61,913 nt of DNA from Planctomycetota bacterium (lineage in GTDB: Bacteria > Planctomycetota > Phycisphaerae > WQYP01), in NCBI GenBank assembly GCA_021785435.1, contig JAJYFE010000004.1, forward strand, positions 1 to 61,913, written 5' to 3'. Shown piece by piece: positions 54,373 through 61,913 of the stretch. A program made the translations under genes and the position numbers. The number at the start of each line of letters is the position of its first letter. The stretch's first letter is position 1. Below the pieces are notes generated by a model. That model did no database searches, was not told the DNA's origin, and saw nothing but the letters and a program-made list of their open reading frames with translations.

Positions 54373-55755
54373 ATGAGTAATTCCGAGACGGTCCTGAACG
54401 TATGTGTTCCCGGCCTGGGCGAATCCGTCACCGAAGCCCGTATTGCCAAGTGGCTGAAAGCGGAGGGGCAGGTGGTTTCCCCCGACGATGTGATCGCCGA
54501 ACTGGAAACGGACAAGGCGACGGTGGAACTGCCCGCCGCGGCGCGCGGCGTATTGCACATTGTTCAGGGCGAGGGACGAACCGTGAACGTGGGCGATTTG
54601 ATCGCGCGCATTGAAACGGGCGCCGCCGCGCCGGCGGCGGTCGGTTCCGGCGAAACCGCCGTGGCGGCGTCACCGCGCGGTCGCGGCACGCCAGCCGCCG
54701 CCGGTGAAGAGCCCCCCACGCCAACCACCGTCCCGGTGGAACCCAACCGGCCGCCACTGCGCGGGGAACCTGGCGCTGCGACGAATGCCCCGCGGAAGGA
54801 TTCTTCTTTCGGGACCGCCGCGGCGCCCGCCCCCGGCGAAAGCACCCGCCCGCTTTCACCGGCGGTGCGGCGTCTGGTGGCGGAAAATCATCTGAATCCC
54901 GATGAAATCGTCGCCACCGGGCCGGGCCAGCGGCTCACCAAGGGCGATGTGCTGGAGCATCTGGCGCGGCGTGAATCCACGCCGCTGGCTGCGGCGCCCA
55001 CCCCGGCGGATTCGCTTGGCGCCGACCGGAGCACGGCGCCCGCGGCCGCCGTCGAGGCCGAAGAAACCCGCGTGGAAATATCCATGCTGCGCCAAACCAT
55101 CGCTCGCCGCCTGGTCGAGGCGCAGCGGACCGCCGCCATTCTTACCACGATCAATGAAATTGACATGTCCGCGGTGATGGCGCTGCGCGAAAAATACCGG
55201 GAACAGTTTGAAAAGGCGCACCAGGTGGGGCTGGGTTTCCTGTCCTTCTTCGCCCGGGCCGCGTGCGCCGCCCTCAAGGCGGTGCCCGTCGTCAACGCCC
55301 AACTGCAGGACCGCGCCATTGTCTACAAGCATCATGTACACCTGGCGCTGGCTGTGGCCACTGAGAAGGGCTTGATCGTGCCCGTGATCCGGTACGCCGA
55401 TAAGCTTTCCATGGCCCAGATTGAAGTCCAGGTCAAACAATTGGCCGCACGGGCCCGCGAGGGGAAGATTACCTTGGAAGAGCTCGGCGGCGGTACGTTC
55501 ACCATCACCAACGGGGGCGTTTTTGGTTCACTGCTTTCCACGCCGATTCTTAATCCTCCGCAGAGCGCCATTCTGGGATTACACAAGATTCAGAAGCGGC
55601 CCGTGGTCGTCGCGGATCAGATCGTGGTTCGGCCCATGATGTATGTGGCGCTTTCCTATGATCATCGCCTGATTGATGGCCGGGAGGCGGTGACGTTTCT
55701 GGTGCATATCAAGGAAGCGCTGGAAGATCCGGCGCGGCTGCTGCTGGAGGTATGA
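54373..55755 (+). CDS. sucB: Dihydrolipoyllysine-residue succinyltransferase (E2 of 2-oxoglutarate dehydrogenase)
   Basis: Lipoyl domain [13 protein letters not shown], a Pro/Ala linker, a peripheral subunit-binding domain ([19 protein letters not shown]), and the catalytic SYDHRLIDG. Confidence 0.9.
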   Translation: MSNSETVLNVCVPGLGESVTEARIAKWLKAEGQVVSPDDVIAELETDKATVELPAAARGVLHIVQGEGRTVNVGDLIARIETGAAAPAAVGSGETAVAASPRGRGTPAAAGEEPPTPTTVPVEPNRPPLRGEPGAATNAPRKDSSFGTAAAPAPGESTRPLSPAVRRLVAENHLNPDEIVATGPGQRLTKGDVLEHLARRESTPLAAAPTPADSLGADRSTAPAAAVEAEETRVEISMLRQTIARRLVEAQRTAAILTTINEIDMSAVMALREKYREQFEKAHQVGLGFLSFFARAACAALKAVPVVNAQLQDRAIVYKHHVHLALAVATEKGLIVPVIRYADKLSMAQIEVQVKQLAARAREGKITLEELGGGTFTITNGGVFGSLLSTPILNPPQSAILGLHKIQKRPVVVADQIVVRPMMYVALSYDHRLIDGREAVTFLVHIKEALEDPARLLLEV

Positions 55756-55900
55756 AGCGGCCCGGCCCCGGCTCAGCCGGATGATGAAAATGACAGCCAC
55801 CATGTATAGCCCCCGGTTGAAGAGTCGCCGCGGAGACCTCGGCCGGGGGTGGCGTCCCCAATGGCGCCTCCCCCCGCCATGTTCAGAACAGACGAACCAC

Positions 55901-56536
55901 TCACGCTTCAATGACGCGCCAAGCGCGGAAAATATACTGCCCTGCGGAAAGCAGCGTTACCGCGATAGTCAGCCCGATAAGCACGTCGCGCAGGACGGCC
56001 AGCCCGGCGGCCAACCCCTGTAGTCGCGGCGTGGTGACGAAGGCCAGGTACAGCAAAATGGATCCGACCGCCAGCGACTGCAGCACCATTTTCGCTTTAC
56101 CCGTCCACAACGCGCGGAAATCGATCCCCCGGCTTTCCGCCAGTCCGCGCAGACCGGTTACCAGGAATTCGCGGGCGATCAGCAACACCGCCATCCAGGG
56201 GTGCACGCCGGTGGCGCTGTAGCTGCGCGCCGCGGCGGGAAGCACCAAGGGTCCGGGTAGAAAATTCGGCATCGAAAAAAATACGAAGGCGCCGCAGATC
56301 AAAATTTTGTCGGCGAACGGATCTACCACGCGGCCAAAAACGCTCTCCACTTTCCAACTGCGGGCCAGATACCCGTCCAAGGCGTCGCTGGCGGTGGCCA
56401 GGATGAAAACGGCCAACGCCATCCACATGAACATAGGAAATTGTCGAACCTGGACCGGCCAGTCAATGACCGCGAAGAACAGCGCCGTCAACAGCAGCCG
56501 CCCCAGGGTGATGAGATTGGGAATCTGGCGATACAT
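55901..56536 (-). CDS. pgsA: CDP-alcohol phosphatidyltransferase (PgsA-like)
   Basis: IPNLITLGRLLL start and the motif DALDGYLARSWKVESVFGRVVDPFADKIL (D-x2-DG-x2-AR...G-x3-D-x3-D). Confidence 0.8.
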   Translation of the reverse strand: MYRQIPNLITLGRLLLTALFFAVIDWPVQVRQFPMFMWMALAVFILATASDALDGYLARSWKVESVFGRVVDPFADKILICGAFVFFSMPNFLPGPLVLPAAARSYSATGVHPWMAVLLIAREFLVTGLRGLAESRGIDFRALWTGKAKMVLQSLAVGSILLYLAFVTTPRLQGLAAGLAVLRDVLIGLTIAVTLLSAGQYIFRAWRVIEA

Positions 56537-56577
56537 CGGTTTTCAGTTGGTGCGATTCGGGGTCAGGGGCTAACGGT

Positions 56578-58260
56578 TCACGGGCACGGGGCACGGCGCG
56601 CTGTTTCCGCAGCGGCGAGCGCCGGCTCCAACACCGGCAGGCGGACCGGCCGCGGCGCGCGGGGGGGCGTGGCGGCGGGATGCTCCGGCCGGGCGAGCAG
56701 GTCGTAACCCTTGGCCCCCTCCACGACGGCGGTGAGCAACGTGCCCGGTTCCGCGGAACAGGGGTGCAACCGGACGCGCCCATCTATGTCCGGAGCCTGG
56801 CCGGCATGGCGCCCCAGCGCCGTCCGGCGCCGCGCGTCCACCTGGTCAATCAATATCGACAGCGGGCGTCCCGCCAGGGCGGCGTTCCGGCGGAAGACAA
56901 TTTCCTGTTGCGCCAGCATGATCTCTTCCCGGCGCCGCGCCGCCACCGGGGCAGGCACCGGCGCCTCCGACCAGAGGCGCCCGGCGGGGGTTTCCGGTTC
57001 CGGCGAATATTCGAAAACGCCCAGGCAGTCGAAGCCGAAGTCACGCACCAAGGTAACCAGTTCACGATGCTGGGCTTCCGTTTCCCCCGGAAAACCAGTG
57101 ATAAAGGTGGTGCGAATGACCAGGCCGGGAATCCAGCGCCGTAACTTGTCCAGCAGCGTTTCGATTTGCCGGCGGGTCACGCGGCGGCGCATGGCCCGGA
57201 GGATCTCGTCGTTAATGTGCTGGAGCGGTAAGTCGATATATTTGACGAAGCGCGCCGCCCCGGCCAACGCCCGGATCATATCGTCGCTGAAACAACTCGG
57301 ATACGCGTACAGCAGCCGAAACCATTGCACGCCAGCCAGCCGGTCGAGCCTTGCCAACAGTCCCACCAGCCCCTGCCCCGGACCGTCATAGCCGATATCG
57401 CGGCCATAACTGGTGGTGTCCTGGCCGATCAGATTGATTTCCACCGCCCCGTCGGCGCTTAGCTCTTCCGCTTCCGCCACGATCTGCGCCAACGGCTTGC
57501 TGCGCATGCGGCCGCGGATGGAGGGAATGGTGCAGAACGTACAGCCCTGGTTGCATCCTTCGGAAATGCGCAGATAGGCATAATGCCGCGGCGTCAGGCG
57601 CAGGCGGGCGCTGTCTTCGTCCGTATAACCGGTCCGGGTCCGCTCCGGGCCGCGTACGAACTGGCTGACCGCGTGAAAACGGCCGAGATCCGCAGCGGCG
57701 TCACCCCCGATCAATTTTTCGTTATGGGGGAAGGCCCCGCTATGGCCGGCCCCATGTCGTGCGCGTGTTCTCTCGTCAGGCATCTGGGGAAATCCGCGTA
57801 ATGTGTGGATTTTTTGGTTATGGTCCGCAGGCCGTCGGAGCGTATCATCCCTCCCGCCGCGCACGGCTTGAACAATATTCTCCCGGTCGAAGACGCCGAC
57901 CAGGGCATCAATATCGGGGGCCTCGGCCAGGAGGCGGCTGGGATCGCGTTGCACCAGACACCCTGCCACGACCACGCGCTGGCATCGCCCGCGACGTCGG
58001 GCCTGCTCCTTGTGGTGCAGCGCCTGGGCAATGACCGCCAGCGCTTCGCGCCGGCTTGCTGCCAAGAACCCGCAGGTGTTAATGACGATGGCGTCGGCCC
58101 CGGCGTGGTCATCCGTGACGGCCAGGCCCGCTGCGGCCAGCAGGCCGAGCATCCGTTCGCTGTCGACCAGGTTTTTGGGGCAGCCCAGCGACACAAACGC
58201 CACTGTGGCGGGGCCGGCGCCGGCTGGAAGCGTAGGTGGCGTCAGGTTCGTCATGAACAA
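56578..58260 (-). CDS. rimO: Ribosomal protein S12 methylthiotransferase RimO-like radical-SAM enzyme (unusually long)
   Basis: VAFVSLGCPKNLVDSERMLG N-terminal MTTase domain, the radical-SAM cluster motif ISEGCNQGCTFCTIP, and a TRAM-like C-terminus. 560 aa, with an extended linker before the radical-SAM domain. Confidence 0.75.
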   Translation of the reverse strand: MFMTNLTPPTLPAGAGPATVAFVSLGCPKNLVDSERMLGLLAAAGLAVTDDHAGADAIVINTCGFLAASRREALAVIAQALHHKEQARRRGRCQRVVVAGCLVQRDPSRLLAEAPDIDALVGVFDRENIVQAVRGGRDDTLRRPADHNQKIHTLRGFPQMPDERTRARHGAGHSGAFPHNEKLIGGDAAADLGRFHAVSQFVRGPERTRTGYTDEDSARLRLTPRHYAYLRISEGCNQGCTFCTIPSIRGRMRSKPLAQIVAEAEELSADGAVEINLIGQDTTSYGRDIGYDGPGQGLVGLLARLDRLAGVQWFRLLYAYPSCFSDDMIRALAGAARFVKYIDLPLQHINDEILRAMRRRVTRRQIETLLDKLRRWIPGLVIRTTFITGFPGETEAQHRELVTLVRDFGFDCLGVFEYSPEPETPAGRLWSEAPVPAPVAARRREEIMLAQQEIVFRRNAALAGRPLSILIDQVDARRRTALGRHAGQAPDIDGRVRLHPCSAEPGTLLTAVVEGAKGYDLLARPEHPAATPPRAPRPVRLPVLEPALAAAETARRAPCP

Positions 58261-58467
58261 CTCAGTTTAGCAGAACCCACGAGGTAAAGCCAGCGGTTCA
58301 AGCCTCCGGCTGGAGCGCCGTCGGGCAGGCGCCCGGTTCCACGGCGCCGCTCGCGTCGCCACCTGGCGACCAGGACTTTGTCGACTCGCCCTCTTCGACC
58401 ACCAGGCAAACCTCGGCTCCTGCGGTTATATTGTTGATCTTCGCTGGCGCAATGGAATGAGGCGATT

Positions 58468-59505
58468 ATGAGCGAGCCCCAACCCCGCCGGGCGCTGATC
58501 ACCGGCATCACCGGTCAGGATGGGTCCTATTTAACCGAGTTTCTGCTGGCCAAGGGTTATGAAGTCCATGGCGTGATCCGGCGCTCCAGCGGTTTCAACA
58601 CGGAACGGATCAATCATCTTTACCGGGATCCCCACGACCCCGCCTGCCGCCTGCGCCTGCACTATGGTGATCTGACGGATGCGTCCTGTCTGCGGGATAT
58701 TCTGACGCGAACCCGGCCGCAGGAGGTCTACAATCTGGGCGCGCAGTCCCATGTGCGCGTCAGTTTTGAGCAGCCCGTTTATACCGTGAACGCCAACGCG
58801 CTGGGCACACTGATGCTGCTCGAAGCAATCCGCGATGTGGCGCTGCCCATCCGCTTCTACCAGGCCTCGTCCAGCGAAATGTACGGTCAGGTGGCCGAGA
58901 CGCCGCAGCGGGAGACCACGCCTTTCCATCCCCGCAGCCCCTACGCCTGCGCCAAGGTCTATGCCTACTGGCAGGTGGTCAACTACCGCGAAGCCTATCG
59001 GCTTTTCGCCTGCAACGGCATTCTGTTTAATCATGAATCACCCCGGCGCGGCGAAACCTTTGTGACGCGCAAAGTCACCCGCGCCGCCACGCGGATCAAG
59101 CTGGGCCTGCAGAAGGAGCTTTATCTGGGTAATCTCGACGCCCGGCGCGACTGGGGCTTCGCCGGGGATTATGTCGAAGCCATGTGGCTGATGCTGCAGC
59201 GGAATCAGCCGGAAGACTACGTCATTGCTACCGGCACGACCCATTCCGTGCGCGAATGGGTGGAACTGTGTTTCAACCTGCTGGATCTGGACTGGCGGGA
59301 CTATGTCCGCGTGGATGCGCGCTACCTGCGCCCGGCCGAGGTGGATATCCTGCTTGGCGATGCCGGCAAGGCCACCCGCGATCTCGGCTGGAAGCCCCGG
59401 GTGAATTTAAAACAACTGGCCCAGATGATGGTCACCCATGACCTGGAATTAGCGCGGCAGGAAAAACTGCTGCAGGATCACCGTCCTGGGCCCGCCTCGG
59501 GATAG
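58468..59505 (+). CDS. gmd: GDP-mannose 4,6-dehydratase
   Basis: [44 protein letters not shown], and [10 protein letters not shown] with the catalytic Y-x3-K. Confidence 0.9.
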   Translation: MSEPQPRRALITGITGQDGSYLTEFLLAKGYEVHGVIRRSSGFNTERINHLYRDPHDPACRLRLHYGDLTDASCLRDILTRTRPQEVYNLGAQSHVRVSFEQPVYTVNANALGTLMLLEAIRDVALPIRFYQASSSEMYGQVAETPQRETTPFHPRSPYACAKVYAYWQVVNYREAYRLFACNGILFNHESPRRGETFVTRKVTRAATRIKLGLQKELYLGNLDARRDWGFAGDYVEAMWLMLQRNQPEDYVIATGTTHSVREWVELCFNLLDLDWRDYVRVDARYLRPAEVDILLGDAGKATRDLGWKPRVNLKQLAQMMVTHDLELARQEKLLQDHRPGPASG

Positions 59506-59532
59506 CCGCGGGTCAGGAATGTCGAGTTGCCA

Positions 59533-60459
59533 ATGCGCTGCTTAATTACCGGCGGAGATGGATTTCTCGGACGATTTGTCCGGCAGGAACTGGCGGCACA
59601 AGGCATTGCGGAGGGCGACCTGCTCACGCCCCGCCACGCCGATTGCGATCTGACCCGCCAGGACCAGGTCGAACGCCTGATGCGGCGACTGCGCCCCGAG
59701 GTGGTGATTCATCTGGCCGCTCGGGTCGGCGGAATCGGCGCTAATCGGGCCAACCCCGGCCTGTATTTTTACGCCAACCTGGCCATGGGATTGAATTTGC
59801 TGGAAGCGGCCCGCCTGGTGCCGGTGCGCAAGTTCGTCCAGGTGGGCACGATCTGTGCGTATCCGAAATTCACGCCGGTTCCTTTCCGCGAAGAGCAGCT
59901 CTGGAACGGCTATCCGGAAGAAACCAACGCTCCTTATGGCATCGCCAAGAAGGCGCTGCTCGTGATGTGCCAGGCCTATCGGCGGCAGTACGGCTTAAAT
60001 GCGATCTACCTGTTACCGGTGAATTTGTATGGTCCGGGCGATCACTTTGACCTGCGGGATTCCCACGTGATTCCGGCCCTTATCCGCAAATGCGTCGAAG
60101 CGCGGCAAGCCGGGGCCGACCATATTGTGGCGTGGGGCACCGGAACGGCATCGCGCGAATTTTTATATGTGCAGGACGCAGCCGCGGCCATTGTCCAGGC
60201 TACGCTTAAGTACGACGAGCCGGAGCCGGTGAACATCGGCTCGGGTCAGGAAATCACGATCCGCCAGCTGGCCGAAATGATCGCCCGGTTCTGTGATTTT
60301 ACCGGGCCAATTCGCTGGGATTTTTCCCAACCCGATGGTCAACCGCGGCGCTGCCTGGACACCAGTCGAGCCTTGGAAAAATTCGGGTTTCGCGCCCGTA
60401 CCACGCTGGAGGATGGTCTTAAAAAGACCATCGCGTGGTATCGCACCCAAGCCACCTGA
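59533..60459 (+). CDS. fcl: GDP-L-fucose synthase
   Basis: [13 protein letters not shown] Rossmann start, [16 protein letters not shown] (Y-x3-K), and a position downstream of gmd. The track start TTG at 59527 is 2 codons upstream. Confidence 0.9.
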   Translation: MRCLITGGDGFLGRFVRQELAAQGIAEGDLLTPRHADCDLTRQDQVERLMRRLRPEVVIHLAARVGGIGANRANPGLYFYANLAMGLNLLEAARLVPVRKFVQVGTICAYPKFTPVPFREEQLWNGYPEETNAPYGIAKKALLVMCQAYRRQYGLNAIYLLPVNLYGPGDHFDLRDSHVIPALIRKCVEARQAGADHIVAWGTGTASREFLYVQDAAAAIVQATLKYDEPEPVNIGSGQEITIRQLAEMIARFCDFTGPIRWDFSQPDGQPRRCLDTSRALEKFGFRARTTLEDGLKKTIAWYRTQAT

Positions 60460-60593
60460 CCCGCTCTGGCGCCAACCGCCGTCCGAGCGGCGTGCCCAAC
60501 TGCGTGCGCCCGTGCCCGGGATAAGCCGGGCCTGGCTTGTGGGCGTTTTGCAAACGATTTAAAATGCCTGGTTGGCCCGACGGGGAAATTTCC

Positions 60594-61913
60594 ATGGCGA
60601 TCAGTGACACCATCAAGCGCGGAGCCATTCGTGCTCCACATCGCAGCCTGCTTCGCGCCACCGGCGTGATCCGGGATGAATCCGACTGGGACAAGCCGTT
60701 CATCGCCGTGGCCAACAGCTTTGTGCAGATTATTCCCGGCCACGCCCATCTGGATGTGGTGGGGCGCAAAGTTCGGCAGGCGGTTCGTGACGCGGGCGGC
60801 GTGCCGTTTGAATTCAACACGATCGGGGTGGATGATGGCATTGCCATGGGTCACCTGGGCATGAAGTATTCCCTGCCCAGCCGTGAACTGATCGCGGATT
60901 GCGTGGAAACCATGCTCCGCGCCCATTGTTTCGACGGGGTCGTGTGCATACCCAATTGCGACAAAATCGTACCGGGCATGATGATGGCCGCGGCGCGGGT
61001 GAATATTCCTACGGTGTTTGTCTCCGGCGGGCCGATGTCCGCCGGGGTACAACCGTCCACAGGCAAAGTCATTGATTTGATCAGCGTCTTTGAAAGCGTG
61101 GGGGGGCTGTCCGCGGGTGCGGTGACGGAAACCGAGCTTAAGGAAATCGAGATCAACGCCTGTCCCACCTGTGGCTCCTGTTCGGGCATGTTCACGGCCA
61201 ACAGCATGAACTGTCTCTGCGAAGCCCTGGGGCTGGCCCTGGCCGGCAACGGAACCATCCTGGCCACAGATCCCCGGCGCGACGAACTGTTTCGCGCGGC
61301 GGGTACGACGATTGTCAATCTGGTGCGGAAGAACATCCGCCCCCGCGATATTCTGACGCGCGAGGCGTTTGAAAATGCCTTCGCCCTGGACATGGCCATG
61401 GGCGGTTCAACCAACACCGTGCTGCACACCCTGGCCGTGGCGATTGAAGCGGGCTGTCCGTTTGAGCTGAAGCACTTAAATGAGGTCGCCGCCCGGGTCC
61501 CGCATGTATGCAAAGTCGCTCCGGCCGGTGTGCACCACATGCAGGATCTGGATCGAGCCGGCGGCATCTCCGCCATTCTTAAAACGATCAACCAGAAACC
61601 GGGTGTGCTCAACACCGCGTGCCTGACCGTCACCGGCCGGACCCTCGGCGAAAATATCGCCGGCGCCAGCGTCCGGGATTCCGACGTGATCCGCCCGCTG
61701 GAGAAAGCCTATTCGCAACAGGGCGGCTTGGCGATACTGTTCGGCTCGCTGGCTCCGGCCGGGGCCGTGGTGAAGACGGGCGGCGTGGCGGCCCACATGA
61801 TGAAGTTCCGCGGCCCCGCCAACATTTTTGAATCGGAAGAGGCCGCCGCGGCTGGCATTCTTGAGGGGCGAGTGAAAGCCGGCGATGTGGTGGTGATCCG
61901 GTACGAGGGACCC
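60594..61913 (+). CDS. ilvD: Dihydroxy-acid dehydratase, N-terminal 440 codons (runs off window end)
   Basis: My translation gives [54 protein letters not shown]...[28 protein letters not shown]...[15 protein letters not shown], which carries IlvD hallmarks. An in-frame ATG also exists at 60564. Confidence 0.9.
   Translation, partial: MAISDTIKRGAIRAPHRSLLRATGVIRDESDWDKPFIAVANSFVQIIPGHAHLDVVGRKVRQAVRDAGGVPFEFNTIGVDDGIAMGHLGMKYSLPSRELIADCVETMLRAHCFDGVVCIPNCDKIVPGMMMAAARVNIPTVFVSGGPMSAGVQPSTGKVIDLISVFESVGGLSAGAVTETELKEIEINACPTCGSCSGMFTANSMNCLCEALGLALAGNGTILATDPRRDELFRAAGTTIVNLVRKNIRPRDILTREAFENAFALDMAMGGSTNTVLHTLAVAIEAGCPFELKHLNEVAARVPHVCKVAPAGVHHMQDLDRAGGISAILKTINQKPGVLNTACLTVTGRTLGENIAGASVRDSDVIRPLEKAYSQQGGLAILFGSLAPAGAVVKTGGVAAHMMKFRGPANIFESEEAAAAGILEGRVKAGDVVVIRYEGP

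Noticed and set aside
60514-60531. Hairpin GCCCGG-GATAAG-CCGGGC after fcl as a REP copy or terminator.
   Set aside because: It has only a 6-bp stem, a loop that differs from the REP family, and no U-tract. It is mentioned under the REP finding but not annotated.

Overview
High-GC bacterial chromosomal window; the gene content (alternative complex III, BatA-domain protein, T2SS-like pseudopilin cluster, abundant GC-rich hairpin repeats) suggests a PVC/Planctomycetota-like organism, but that is a guess. Bases 1-27056 are mostly housekeeping or accessory-ordinary: actB/actA, a HAMP histidine kinase, a BatA-like protein, a decayed IS5-family transposase, an MNT/HEPN toxin-antitoxin pair, an RND efflux operon (OMF-MFP-RND), a K+ channel, tatA, a fused indolepyruvate:ferredoxin oxidoreductase, and a T2SS/type-IV-pilus-like cluster (gspE, gspF x2, pseudopilins) interrupted by a DUF4143 AAA ATPase. 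Bases about 27057-50345 form a roughly 23-kb island in which every gene from 28436 to 50314 lies on the minus strand. It is anchored by a PLD-nuclease/SNF2-helicase gene and a 1183-aa Eco57I/PglX-like N6-adenine methyltransferase gene. Between and after these two genes sit small conflict-type cassettes: HTH-ImmA/IrrE + DUF4411 PIN; TIGR04255-like + unknown + Fic; a RAYT with flanking REP hairpins; an SDH/ClpP-fold protease; HipA-like kinase + HIRAN-like + unknown; PRTase + DprA-like; and trypsin-like protease + TIGR04255-like + unknown + HEPN. The most striking structural signal is that the cassettes are separated by direct-repeat copies of the 3-prime ends of the two anchor genes. There are five copies of the MTase tail (two with 101/101 and 155/157 nt identity to the intact gene) and two copies of the helicase tail (118/119 nt). 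I found no integrase or tRNA gene by eye. Bases 50346-61913 are housekeeping: cdsA, sucA, sucB, pgsA, rimO, gmd, fcl, and ilvD (partial). All family assignments come from motif reading by eye and need HMM or BLAST confirmation.
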